In this document: one piece after another, positions 1 to 9,453 of the stretch
How the letters are laid out: every line of letters begins with the position of its first letter
Position numbering within the stretch: position 1 is the first letter of the stretch
Source of the DNA: Candidatus Sumerlaeaceae bacterium
GTDB taxonomy: Bacteria > Sumerlaeota > Sumerlaeia > Sumerlaeales > Sumerlaeaceae
Direction of reading: 5' to 3'
Length of the DNA: 64,000 bases
Assembly: GCA_051003195.1 (NCBI GenBank)
Contig: JBPCLP010000011.1
Coordinates: 118,515 to 182,514, forward strand
Position numbers and translations under genes: made by a program
Notes under the pieces: generated by a model
Databases searched by the model: none
The model's input: only the letters and a program-made list of their open reading frames with translations
What the model was told of the DNA's origin: nothing

Positions 1-106
1 AACCAGTTGCATGTGTCATGCGGCTAAAACGCGCTAAAAGCATGCCACATTGTGGAAAGCTGAAACAGTTAAGATTGAAGCCTTTTGGCGAGTGTAGACA
101 GGCCGC

Positions 107-1420
107 ATGAAAATCCTCGAATACCCACGTCAGCGCAAGGCGGTGCTGCAGGCTTTCGCCGGGGCGGACGAACGGGATAACCGCAACCTGAAGCTAGTGC
201 AGCGAATTCTCAACGATGTGCGCGAGCGCGGCGACGAGGCACTGGCGGACTATTCCGAGAAGTTCGATAGAAAGAGGCTGGTCGGCAAAGCGATGCGCGT
301 GAGTCCGCGTACTTGCCAGGCAGCCTGGAATGCACTGAACAAGGAGCTGGCCGCGGCACTGGAATTTGCCGCGGCAGGTATTCGGGCTTTTCATCAAAAG
401 CAGGTGCGGAAAGGATTCGTCCTCAAGCGGGGAGGCGTGCGGCTGGAGCAGCGCCTGCGCCCGTTGCAGCGAATCGGCGCGTATGTACCGGGCGGCGTAG
501 CCACGTATCCCTCCACAATGCTGATGAACGTAATTGCTGCGCAGGTGGCAGGTGTGCCCGAGATCATTATCGCGACACCTCCGGTCAAAGGCGATCCGAA
601 GGCGTTTGTCCCATTTGCAGTCGCACACATGCTGGGTGTCTCCGATCGCATTTACCAGGTCGGTGGGGCACAGGCGATCGCGGCGTTGGCGTACGGCACG
701 CGCACCATTCCCAAAGTGGACAAGGTAGTCGGACCGGGAAATGAGTTCGTCGCGCTCGGCAAGAAGCTGCTGTATGGGACCATCGACATCGATTCGGTCG
801 CGGGAAACAGCGAGGTCCTGATCATCGCCGACGCGACAGCATCCGCACGTTACATCGCCGCCGATCTCCTGGCGCAGGCGGAACACACCGGCGGGGAATC
901 CGTTGTCGTTGTGGGTATCGGAAAGAAATTTAATTTCCAAGGCATCGAATGGGAGCTGGAGGCGCAGCTTCAGAATGCGCCCCGCGCAAAGCAGGCGCGA
1001 CAATCCCTGGAATCCGGTGGCTTGTTTATTCGTGTTTCCTCAGGCGCCGAGGCGGTGGAGGTGGCAAACCTCAAAGCGCCAGAGCACCTGGAGATCATGG
1101 CGGCCGGGGCAGAGAAAATCGCAGACAGCATCTACAATGTGGGCGCCATTTTCATTGGGCCGTATACGCCGGAACCGATCGGCGACTATGTGGCCGGGCC
1201 CAACCACGTGCTTCCGACCGGCGGCACCGCGCGCTTCTTCTCGCCGCTCGGAGTCGATGCGTTTATGAAAGCCAGCAATGTGCTGCAGTACGGCCGCACG
1301 GATTTTCTCAAAGCCGCTCCCCACGTTATTACTTTAGCCGAAAGCGAAGGGCTCTACGCACACGCCGAGAGCATACGGGTGCGGCTGGAAGAGACCGAAA
1401 GTACCAGGAAGAGGAACTGA
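107..1420 (+). CDS. hisD: Histidinol dehydrogenase
   Basis: Motifs GAYVPGG, GPGN, DLLAQAEH, APEHLEI, GDYVAGPNHVLPTGGTARFFSPL. Confidence 0.97.
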   Translation: MKILEYPRQRKAVLQAFAGADERDNRNLKLVQRILNDVRERGDEALADYSEKFDRKRLVGKAMRVSPRTCQAAWNALNKELAAALEFAAAGIRAFHQKQVRKGFVLKRGGVRLEQRLRPLQRIGAYVPGGVATYPSTMLMNVIAAQVAGVPEIIIATPPVKGDPKAFVPFAVAHMLGVSDRIYQVGGAQAIAALAYGTRTIPKVDKVVGPGNEFVALGKKLLYGTIDIDSVAGNSEVLIIADATASARYIAADLLAQAEHTGGESVVVVGIGKKFNFQGIEWELEAQLQNAPRAKQARQSLESGGLFIRVSSGAEAVEVANLKAPEHLEIMAAGAEKIADSIYNVGAIFIGPYTPEPIGDYVAGPNHVLPTGGTARFFSPLGVDAFMKASNVLQYGRTDFLKAAPHVITLAESEGLYAHAESIRVRLEETESTRKRN

Positions 1421-1442
1421 GCAGACCCCAATTCTCTGTGCG

Positions 1443-2501
1443 TCAATGCGGCGCCCGAATCTCTACATTCGCCGGCGGCGGCAAATCTGTAATCGGTAAC
1501 ACGCACTTCTGCGCACAGTCTTCAAAGGCTGCCATTTGGCGAAGCTGGCGTTCATGCAATGTCGCGTGACTTAGATATTCTCGCGGCCATGGCAGCCTCT
1601 GCTCCAGTTCATGCTGCTGAGACGCAAGGCGCTGCTTAATGTCGGAAATTGAGTGCGGGGCGTCGACATTCACGCGGTCTGTCGAGCCTAACCGCACACA
1701 TCCAAAATCCGTGCTTCCCAACGCGAGGAAAGTCTCCGCATGGTCTGGCCGATCACAAAACTCCACCGTCAGGGGAATTGTTCTATCCAGTTCGCGGCGA
1801 ATGACGGCGGTTGCATCGCGGATTAATTGCGGACTGGCTGACGGACAGATAGACATCGTCGAGTATGGAACGGGCTGAAACGGGATCAGTACCATCTGCT
1901 GGATGTGACGGTAACGTCGATGGATTCCCGTGATGCGTTGTGCAGCTAGTGCCCAGCTTTCGGGCTGCTCCCCGATACCGATTCGAATGCCGGTAACCGT
2001 CGGTATATGCAATCGACCGAGCTCCGAAAGCGCTGCCGTTCTTTCCTCCATCGATTTTTGCGGCGCACCTTCGTGCGCGCTCTTGGCCAGCAGCGAATCA
2101 TCCGCAGCTTCGAGCAAAAGCCGAACGCTCGAGACCCATTCTGCCAGGAACCGTAGATCGGTAAACGTAAGCCGCCCGACATCCAGTACAGGAAACAGAA
2201 CTCGAGGACCGCGAACCTCCAGAGTCGCCTGGCAAAGCGCCTGCAGGTATGCCGACCATTTGGCATAGCCGTAGTAACGCACCGTGCTCTGGATCTCACG
2301 CAGGGATTCAATACCTTCACCCGAAGTCAGCGTGATTTGCGTGGCGCCCAATCGCGCGGCAAGTCGCAAGGTTCGCCTGAACTGTTTTGGGGACGGCGGA
2401 AAAGGCGACGGAGTCTGCGGAAAGTTACAATAACCACACGTAAATACACAACGTCGCGAGAGAACCACCTGGTACTCGGGCACATAAGTGTAAACAGCCA
2501 C
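1443..2501 (-). CDS. Radical SAM protein, CofG/FO-synthase-like (divergent)
   Basis: CxxxCxxC (CVFTCGYC), IPTVTGIRIGIGE, IHRRYRHIQQ resemble CofG. GTG start at 2501 with a GAGGAG SD; the ORF-track extension to 2618 runs into a repeat. Confidence 0.65.
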   Translation of the reverse strand: MAVYTYVPEYQVVLSRRCVFTCGYCNFPQTPSPFPPSPKQFRRTLRLAARLGATQITLTSGEGIESLREIQSTVRYYGYAKWSAYLQALCQATLEVRGPRVLFPVLDVGRLTFTDLRFLAEWVSSVRLLLEAADDSLLAKSAHEGAPQKSMEERTAALSELGRLHIPTVTGIRIGIGEQPESWALAAQRITGIHRRYRHIQQMVLIPFQPVPYSTMSICPSASPQLIRDATAVIRRELDRTIPLTVEFCDRPDHAETFLALGSTDFGCVRLGSTDRVNVDAPHSISDIKQRLASQQHELEQRLPWPREYLSHATLHERQLRQMAAFEDCAQKCVLPITDLPPPANVEIRAPH

Positions 2502-2594
2502 AGATTTGTTCTCCTCGCGCACCTGCCTCACAGAACAGATGCCTGCAACATACCAGTTATAGCACGCCTGACGCCAGCCGACCTGAAAATATCC

Positions 2595-2671
2595 CTGGTG
2601 TGCCGAATCAGAACGCACAACCCCCGATTCGGCATACAGAACTGATTACGAACTAACGGTAGACACAATAG
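2595..2671 (+). mobile_element. MITE-like element copy 1 (TGTGCCGAATC family)
   Basis: TGTGCCGAATC...GATTCGGCATACAGAAC...AACTAACGGTAG, shared with copies near 6981, 35746, 41739, 62949 and 63932. Confidence 0.7.
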
Positions 2672-2815
2672 TTGCACCATTTCGCCACGGCAGGTCAATA
2701 GTTTGCCACCGCTTCCGTACCAATAAATTAGCGGGCGCCGAGTGCTTCTTCGTATTGACACGGACTTTGCGCTGCCGACGCTCGGATGCTACGACACACC
2801 AGAAGGTAGGTAGTT

Positions 2816-4330
2816 ATGCGCCAGTTGATCGTCTCCATAGGTGCATTCATCGCGCTGCTGAGCGCGTCGAGTTCTGCGGTTGCGCAGGAGTACGGCGGCT
2901 TAACCGGCAGCAATAACAATAGCCTTGGCTCGGGCAGTGGTTCCTCGCGCTCGCGCTCCAATCGGTCCAACTTTGAAAGCTCGAACGAGGGCATAACCGA
3001 TTTCGGCGGCAGCAGCAGGAGCGAGGGTAGATCCAGCAGGCGCAACCGCAATGGCACCCCTACCCCACGGGCGGGTGCAAAGACCGATGGCACCCCTGTT
3101 CCTGGCAGCAAGGCGACCCCGGGATCGGGAAAAGAACTAAAAAGCGCCAAGGGAAAGAAAGCTCCCAGCGGCAAGAGCAGCAGCAGCGGAGAGGCGCGCG
3201 CCGCCACCAATGTTGAGTTCAAAATGAAGGCCAATCCCTCGACAAACCTGCTCTATATTGAGGGCATAGGTGTGGAGCCGACACTCAATATTCTCACAAC
3301 AGAGGGCGAAGAGTTTGTCACGCGCGTGTTTTTTGTGAATGCCCGCGGCTCGCGCTACAAAACGTTCAGCATTGCGCTCAAGTACGACCCCTCTATCATT
3401 ACGCCGGTTGGCATTGATGACAGCGACGTTTCCAGCCTGCTGGAGAATGACGCCGCGGCACATGTTGATGCAAAACGCGGTATTATCACCTATAAAGCGG
3501 TACTGAAGCAGCCGCGCACCGACCCGGCCAGGACAGTCTTTAAAGTGCAGTGGAAGTCGCTCACCCCGACATCTGACGCAGCTATCTCGTTTATCAACAA
3601 CGACAAATTCCGCAGCAATGTGCTGGATGACGAAGAGCACAACGTGCTGCTGCAGCGCGACGAGAGCGGAGAAATTGAAGCGAGTGACAAAGCGGGCCTT
3701 GTGGATGCAGCCGTTTCTGTAATGCCGTCGGCACAAACCTCACGTGCGCTATCCGATGACGAGGGAAGCTTTTCCGCCATCTCGCTGGCCAACAACATCA
3801 GCCGGGGTACGGCCGAAGGCGGAGTGATCCTTGAACTGCGTCCGCGCCGGCAATCCAGCATTCGCGTCGGCGAAGATTTCCTGGTCGATCTCGTTTTCTC
3901 CAACCCGCGCCACGCCGAACTGGACACCATGAAAGTTAAGCTGCGCTTCGATCCTGCGGTGCTCCAGGTAGTGGACTATGACACCGACAACTGGATCACG
4001 CGCGGCATCAACTTGTTCGACGGCGATTACCACGACGATCTGCCATTCGATTACCATCGCAAAAACACCGTTTCGAACTCAACCGGCATCATTGAGTATG
4101 ACATGGGTTTCGCGGCCCGCGTCAGGGTGCCGGTACAGGGCACGATCGCCACGATACGGATGCGCGCGGTTGCGCCTGCCGCCGCCACTCCGATCACCTT
4201 TGTATACGACGATACACCCGAGGCGGAGCCCCAAACCGCGGTCACGTTCCTCGGCTTTAACCTCGTCGGTTCACCAGGCGAAAGAGCCGCCGCCCTGCGC
4301 AGCGTAGACGTATCCATCAGCAACCTTTAA
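2816..4330 (+). CDS. Secreted protein with low-complexity Ser/Gly/Arg linker and two cohesin-like beta-sandwich domains
   Basis: Signal peptide (AVA-Q); two repeats of pattern F.V.......L.(Y/F)DP.(I/V)(I/L)...G(I)I.Y typical of cohesin-like domains. Confidence 0.6.
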   Translation: MRQLIVSIGAFIALLSASSSAVAQEYGGLTGSNNNSLGSGSGSSRSRSNRSNFESSNEGITDFGGSSRSEGRSSRRNRNGTPTPRAGAKTDGTPVPGSKATPGSGKELKSAKGKKAPSGKSSSSGEARAATNVEFKMKANPSTNLLYIEGIGVEPTLNILTTEGEEFVTRVFFVNARGSRYKTFSIALKYDPSIITPVGIDDSDVSSLLENDAAAHVDAKRGIITYKAVLKQPRTDPARTVFKVQWKSLTPTSDAAISFINNDKFRSNVLDDEEHNVLLQRDESGEIEASDKAGLVDAAVSVMPSAQTSRALSDDEGSFSAISLANNISRGTAEGGVILELRPRRQSSIRVGEDFLVDLVFSNPRHAELDTMKVKLRFDPAVLQVVDYDTDNWITRGINLFDGDYHDDLPFDYHRKNTVSNSTGIIEYDMGFAARVRVPVQGTIATIRMRAVAPAAATPITFVYDDTPEAEPQTAVTFLGFNLVGSPGERAAALRSVDVSISNL

Positions 4331-4366
4331 CCGTCCCTCAAACCCTGCTGCAGGAAAGCTTATTGC

Positions 4367-6085
4367 ATGATTAACCTGGATGCGCAACGCACCCACACAG
4401 AGTTCCCTCGCCATTTTGTAGCCGAGGATGCAGACCTCGGCGATTGGACGACGCTTGAGAAGTATTTCGAAGAGCTGCAGGCCCGACCTGTAGATGAGCC
4501 GTCACAACTCGAAAGATGGCTCACCGATCTTTCCGAGGTATCCGCCGCGATCTCAGAAGAGTCTGCCGCCCGCTATATTGCCATGACGTGCCAGACCGAT
4601 GACCCGGCACTCGAGAAGGCTTACCTTCATTACGTCGAGCATATCCTTCCCCAGACGGAGCCACGCTTTTTCGAGTTGAGCAAGAAGTACCTGGCAAGCC
4701 CGGCGAGACAGCAGCTTTCAAAAGATCGGTTTTTCGTTTTCGACCGGGCGCGCGAGAACGAAGTTGCGCTGTTTCGCGAGGAGAATATTCCACTGCAAAC
4801 GCAAGACGACGTCCTGCGCCAGCAGTACCAGAAAACCTGCGGCGAGCAGACGGTGGAGTTTGATGGGCGCGAGCAGACGCTCCCCCAGCTGGCTAAATAC
4901 CTCGAGGAAACGGATCGCGCTAAACGCAAAGCGGCGTGGAATGCTTCGGTGGTCAGGCAATTACAGGATCGCGAGAAGATGGAAGACTTCTTCGAGCAGA
5001 TGCTGGAACTCCGCGGCAAAATTGCCGCCATTTCCGGGTTCGACAATTACCTCGAATACATGTTTCGCCGGTTGGGCCGCTTCGACTATTCTCCTCTGGA
5101 TTGCCGTAAGTTCCAGGAGGCCATCGAACGCGATGTAATGCCGGTCAGGCGCAAGTTGCGCGAGCGCAGGAAAGCAGAACTCGGGCTGGAGAAGCTTGCC
5201 CCATGGGACCTCGACGTGGATCCGCAGGGCAGGCCGCCACTCCGGCCTTTCAACGATGCGCAGGAACTCATTGAGGGCGCGGACAGAATCTTTGATGCAG
5301 TATCGCCCCTGCTTTCCAAAGATTTCGACGTCCTGAAGTCACGCAATCTGCTCGACCTGGATAGCCGAAAGGCGAAGGCGCCCGGTGGTTACCAAAGCAC
5401 TTTGGACGAAGCACGCCTACCTTTCATATTCATGAACGCCGCTGGTCGCAACCAGGATGTTTTCACGCTGCTTCATGAAGGAGGACACGCGTTCCATGCG
5501 CTGGCACACAGGTACGAGCCGCTGCATGCTTACCGTGACGCGCCGATTGAATTTTGCGAAGTCGCAAGCATGGGCATGGAGATGATGGCGTGCGAGAGAC
5601 TTACGTCTTTCTATAAGCCCGAAGAGGCACAGCGAGCCCGCACCATGCACCTTCAGGACACCATTATATTACTGCCGTGGATCGCACGCATTGATGCATT
5701 CCAGCACTGGATCTATACTCACCCTTCTCACACGCGGGAAGAGCGCAAGCAACAGTGGCTGGAACTGGACGCGCGTTTTGGAGACGACCTCGACTGGAGT
5801 GAACACCCGGAGTGGCGTGAGTGCTCCTGGATTCGCCAGCTTCACCTGTTTTGTGTGCCATTGTACTATGTTGAGTACGGAATTGCCCAGCTTGGTGCGC
5901 TCCAGCTGTGGGTAAATTACCTGCGCGATCAGCAGGCAACGATCGACAGGTATCGAAGCGCGCTTGCGTTAGGAAGTTCCAAACCGCTGCCGCAATTGTT
6001 TGAGGCAGCCGGTATTCGATTCGCATTCGATTCACAAACCATCGGGCCGCTGATGGAAAAAGTCAGCTCTGAGCTGGTCGCGTGA
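4367..6085 (+). CDS. M3 family oligoendopeptidase (PepF-like)
   Basis: HEGGHAFH zinc motif, KAPGGY, PIEFCEVASMGME, YYVEYGIAQLGALQ. Confidence 0.93.
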   Translation: MINLDAQRTHTEFPRHFVAEDADLGDWTTLEKYFEELQARPVDEPSQLERWLTDLSEVSAAISEESAARYIAMTCQTDDPALEKAYLHYVEHILPQTEPRFFELSKKYLASPARQQLSKDRFFVFDRARENEVALFREENIPLQTQDDVLRQQYQKTCGEQTVEFDGREQTLPQLAKYLEETDRAKRKAAWNASVVRQLQDREKMEDFFEQMLELRGKIAAISGFDNYLEYMFRRLGRFDYSPLDCRKFQEAIERDVMPVRRKLRERRKAELGLEKLAPWDLDVDPQGRPPLRPFNDAQELIEGADRIFDAVSPLLSKDFDVLKSRNLLDLDSRKAKAPGGYQSTLDEARLPFIFMNAAGRNQDVFTLLHEGGHAFHALAHRYEPLHAYRDAPIEFCEVASMGMEMMACERLTSFYKPEEAQRARTMHLQDTIILLPWIARIDAFQHWIYTHPSHTREERKQQWLELDARFGDDLDWSEHPEWRECSWIRQLHLFCVPLYYVEYGIAQLGALQLWVNYLRDQQATIDRYRSALALGSSKPLPQLFEAAGIRFAFDSQTIGPLMEKVSSELVA

Positions 6086-6292
6086 GTCGGTGCCCAGTTC
6101 TCTGGTTCTTATTGAGCGCGATGTAATTTAGCTTTGACATGGGGTGTTCTGTTCCCGGAATCAGGCCCCAACAGCATGGGAAATGCTTTGTTTTGCTGCA
6201 CTTGCATAGTCCCATGTTGTGCCGACGCGAGTCGGCCCAGATCCGCTTGAGGGGTGGATTCTGGGAAACTGATGAAAGGAGGCTAAATAAAC

Positions 6293-6436
6293 ATGAAGGC
6301 TCTTGTAATCGCCGCAATCGCGGTCGTTTCTGTGGTGTCGGTCACTGGTTGTTGCCGCACGCGTAGCGCCACTGCTTGTGCTCCGATGTGTGCGCCGGCT
6401 TGCCCGCCGCCCATGCCTATGCAAATGGAGAAGTAA
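6293..6436 (+). CDS. Small 47-aa Cys/Pro-rich putative lipoprotein (not in ORF track)
   Basis: MKALVIAAIAVVSVVSVTG-CCRTRSATACAPMCAPACPPPMPMQMEK; AAGGAGG SD upstream; lipobox VTG-C; terminator downstream. Confidence 0.8.
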   Translation: MKALVIAAIAVVSVVSVTGCCRTRSATACAPMCAPACPPPMPMQMEK

Positions 6437-6466
6437 AATCAGGGTCGGTTGGGCCCTACCGATCAT

Positions 6467-6498
6467 CTGCCGGTACGCGAAAGCGTACCGGCAGTTTT
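6467..6498 (+). terminator. Rho-independent terminator
   Basis: CTGCCGGTACGC-GAAA-GCGTACCGGCAG followed by TTTT. Confidence 0.8.
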
Positions 6499-6619
6499 CA
6501 TTTGGAAGAATTTCTACGATCTCGTTTTCTCCCTTTTCTACGCCACCAAATATCTGAATCCGTGTCCTGTAGTAACGCACGGCGTGGAAGCGGGAGGGTT
6601 TCCGCAACGCGTTCCTGAT

Positions 6620-6692
6620 GGGCCGTTAGCTCAATTGGTAGAGCAGCAGACTCTTAATCTGTTGGTTGTAGGTTCGAGTCCTACACGGCTCA
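6620..6692 (+). tRNA. tRNA-Lys (anticodon CTT)
   Basis: GGGCCGTTAGCTCAATTGGTAGAGC...CT-CTT-AA...GGTTCGAGTCC...CGGCTCA cloverleaf; CCA not encoded. Confidence 0.96.
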
Positions 6693-6777
6693 CATCGCTC
6701 AATGCATAACCCCCTAATGATGCGCCAGTTGATGGCATCTGTTTTACTTGCGACACTAACAGCCGGGAGAGCAGCGG

Positions 6778-6996
6778 ATGAACGTGACCGTGGTTTACAT
6801 GCTACAGCATGCCAACGAATCCAGAGCCGAAGAACTCAGCATGGATATCGTGAAGGATGGACAGTACTATCCGATTCCCCGCGTCGGCGAGTTAGTCGAC
6901 ACTGGACAGTCTGTCGCGACCGTTAAGCTGGTTGAATACCTGTACGGACGCGGTATGCAAAGAAAGGTCGTTGTAGTACTCGTACCGAATCAGTAG
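6778..6996 (+). CDS. Small hypothetical protein
   Basis: 72-aa ORF with GGAG upstream and plausible beta-rich composition (PIPRVGELV); 3' end overlaps a MITE-like repeat. Confidence 0.5.
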   Translation: MNVTVVYMLQHANESRAEELSMDIVKDGQYYPIPRVGELVDTGQSVATVKLVEYLYGRGMQRKVVVVLVPNQ

Positions 6997-7074
6997 TTCA
7001 TTACCAGACCAAAGGGCAACTTACCCCCGATTCGGCACACAGAACTGGTTCCGAACTAACGATAGTCCAGCTAG
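6981..7074 (+). mobile_element. MITE-like element copy 2 (degenerate left end)
   Basis: GTACCGAATCAGTAGTTC...CCAGACCAAAGGGCA...GATTCGGCACACAGAAC...CTAG; close match to the copy at 63932. Confidence 0.65.
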
Positions 7075-7106
7075 TGTGCCGTCCCTGAAATTCGCGGCAT
7101 AATTCC

Positions 7107-7712
7107 TGGATTCCGGCTTTTTGGAATCCGCAGCCCTCAGGTTTTTTGCACCGAAGGTGCAGCGGAACACAGCCCAGTGTCAGGAGCCCACGGCTTTTTG
7201 TGGCCGACGCAGCCCTCAGGTTTTTTGCACCGAAGGTGCAGCGGGACTCAGCCCAGGGTAAGGATTCCGGTTTTCTAGAATCCGCAGCCCTCAAGTTTTT
7301 TGCACCGAAGGTACAGCGGAACACAGCCCAGGGTCAGGATTCCGGCTTTATGGAATCCGCAGCCTCAGGTTTTTTGCACCGAAGGTGCAGCGGGACTCAG
7401 CCCAGGGAAAGGAGGCCACGGCTTTTTGTGGCCGAACGCAGCCCTCAGGTTTTTTGCACCGAAGGTGCAGCGGGACTCAGCCCAGGGTCAGGATTCCGGC
7501 TTTTTGGAACCCGCAGCTCTCAGGTTTTTTGCACCGAAGGTGCAGCGGGACTCAGCCCAGGGTCAGGATTCCGGCTTTATGGAATCCGCAGCCTCAGGTT
7601 TTTTGCACTGAAGGTGCAGCGGGACTCAGCCCAGGGAAAGGAGGCCACGGCTTTTTGTGGCCGACGCAGCCCTGGGATATCGATCCAATTACATCGCGCC
7701 CTGAAGGGGCGC
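7107..7712. repeat. Tandem array of ~74-80 bp REP-like dual-hairpin units
   Basis: Seven TGCACCGAAGGTGCA-like hairpins (7147, 7226, 7301, 7375, 7455, 7530, 7604) alternating with GGATTCC-GGCTTTTT-GGAATCC or GGCCAC-GGCTTTTT-GTGGCC hairpins. Confidence 0.92.
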
Positions 7713-7784
7713 CGGAAAACGCGCAAATTTATTAGTTCGGCGATCGAAACTCACAACCGCGCACCAGCCGCCGCGCGTCGCTTC

Positions 7785-9308
7785 TCACGCCACCTCTTTG
7801 CGCATCTTCGCGCTGAGAATGCGTAACTGCTCCCGATATTTTGCCACCGTGCGTCGCGCGATGTTAACGCCCTTCTGCCGAATCAGTTCTGCGAGCCGCT
7901 GATCGCTGTAGGGTTTCTTGGGATTCTCGCCTGCAATCAGCTCCGCCAGCATTTCCTTAATGGACGTACTGCTGGCGTCCTCGCCGGAATCGGTTTCCAG
8001 GCCAGGACTGAAGAAGTACTTTAGCTCGAAGATGCCGCGCGGCGTCTCAATGTACTTGTTTGTCGTAACGCGCGCGACGGTGGACTCGTGCATCCCCACG
8101 ACTTCCGCAATTTCTTTAAGCGTGAGCGGCCGCAGCGCGCTTGTTCCCTTTTCCAGGAACTCCTTCTGGAACGTCATCACTGCTTCTGAGACTTTGAGTA
8201 TCGTGCTTTTGCGCTTCTCGATGTTTTTGATCAGCCATACCGCCGCCTTGTACTTCTCCATCGCGAACTCTTTGTCCTTCGCTTCAAAGCTCGCGCCCTG
8301 CTGGAGCAGCTGTCGGTAATACCGATTGATACGAAGGCTGCCAGTCTTGCCCTCGTTCAGGTAAATCATATATTTGTCGTCTACCTTCTTCACATAGACG
8401 TCGGGTTGAATATACTTAACGTCTTCAGAGGAGCGGGCACGTCCCGGCTTCGGCTCCAGGTGGGAAATCTGGTGGAACACTTCACGGACCTGCGGCTCCT
8501 CAATCTTAAGATCGCGCGCGATCTCTTTGAACTTCTTCTTCTGCAGGCGGTCCAGGTGGTGCTCGACGATTGCGAACACCAGTTTATCTCGCACCCCGCG
8601 ATTCTCCAGTTGCAGGCGCAGGCATTCGGATAAGTTCCGCGCGCCAACACCCACCGGGTCGAAGGTCTGAATGACGCGCAGTACCTGCTCAATTTCCCTC
8701 ACGTCACATTTCAGTTCGGCTGCAAGATCCTCCAGCGGAACACGAAGGTACCCGTCGTCATCGAGGCTACCGATAATGTAGTCGCCAATTTCAACCTGCT
8801 TCTTGTTGAGCGCGCTGACGTGGAGCTGCCATTTCAGGTTGTCATACAGGTTTTCCCGCAGAGCCACATAGTCGGCGAAATCGCGTTCCTCTTCCTGGGG
8901 TTCACTGGGGGTGTATACGCGGCTTTCCGCATCGTCGTAGTATTCCTCCCAGTTGAGGTCCATGTCGCCCATGTGATGGTCATCGGTGGTGGTTTCGGTT
9001 CCCGCTTCAATTACGGCAACGGAGGGCGCCGCGTCTTCAGGCGAACTATACGTGAAATCGATTACCGAGGGTGCATCTTCACCCGACTGCTGCTCAGGCG
9101 ACTCGCCTTCCGGGGTCTGCACCTTTTCCTCGTCGGAATTTTCTACATCTTCTGCAATTTCAAGAAAGGGGTTCTCGACCATCTCCTGTGTCGCAAGTTG
9201 CTCGAGTTCCTGTGCCGACATCTGCAGCAGTTGAATGGACTGCTGCATCTGCGGAGTCATTATCAGCTTTTGCGTTTGCTTCTGAACCTGGTTGAGCGAA
9301 AGAGCCAT
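7785..9308 (-). CDS. rpoN: RNA polymerase sigma-54 factor
   Basis: N-terminal TPQMQQSIQLLQM, HTH HESTVARVT, RpoN box ARRTVAKYRE. Confidence 0.98.
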   Translation of the reverse strand: MALSLNQVQKQTQKLIMTPQMQQSIQLLQMSAQELEQLATQEMVENPFLEIAEDVENSDEEKVQTPEGESPEQQSGEDAPSVIDFTYSSPEDAAPSVAVIEAGTETTTDDHHMGDMDLNWEEYYDDAESRVYTPSEPQEEERDFADYVALRENLYDNLKWQLHVSALNKKQVEIGDYIIGSLDDDGYLRVPLEDLAAELKCDVREIEQVLRVIQTFDPVGVGARNLSECLRLQLENRGVRDKLVFAIVEHHLDRLQKKKFKEIARDLKIEEPQVREVFHQISHLEPKPGRARSSEDVKYIQPDVYVKKVDDKYMIYLNEGKTGSLRINRYYRQLLQQGASFEAKDKEFAMEKYKAAVWLIKNIEKRKSTILKVSEAVMTFQKEFLEKGTSALRPLTLKEIAEVVGMHESTVARVTTNKYIETPRGIFELKYFFSPGLETDSGEDASSTSIKEMLAELIAGENPKKPYSDQRLAELIRQKGVNIARRTVAKYREQLRILSAKMRKEVA

Positions 9309-9382
9309 GAATTGACCGCCATCTAAATTGAACTTAATCAGCGTGGGAAAGAACGGTTACCGCACTAAGTTCCGCTATGTAC

Positions 9383-9397
9383 GCCAAAACTATGCCA
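9383..9397 (-). promoter_or_regulatory. Possible sigma-54 (-24/-12) site upstream of rpoN
   Basis: Minus strand TGGCATAGTTTTGGC = GG-N10-GC, about 75 bp upstream of the rpoN ATG. Confidence 0.4.
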
Positions 9398-9453
9398 GCA
9401 AACCTGTTTGACGCCGCTCATCTACCCCGAGTTCCTCAGCAAGGTCTGATTCC

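Noticed and set aside
7107..7712. CRISPR array
   Set aside because: The intervening segments are themselves repeated (two types) rather than unique spacers, and there are no cas genes in the window
7001..7826. ORFs 7001-7324, 7146-7826, 7300-7611 and 7385-7735 as proteins
   Set aside because: They are translations of the tandem palindromic array in several frames with no family motifs
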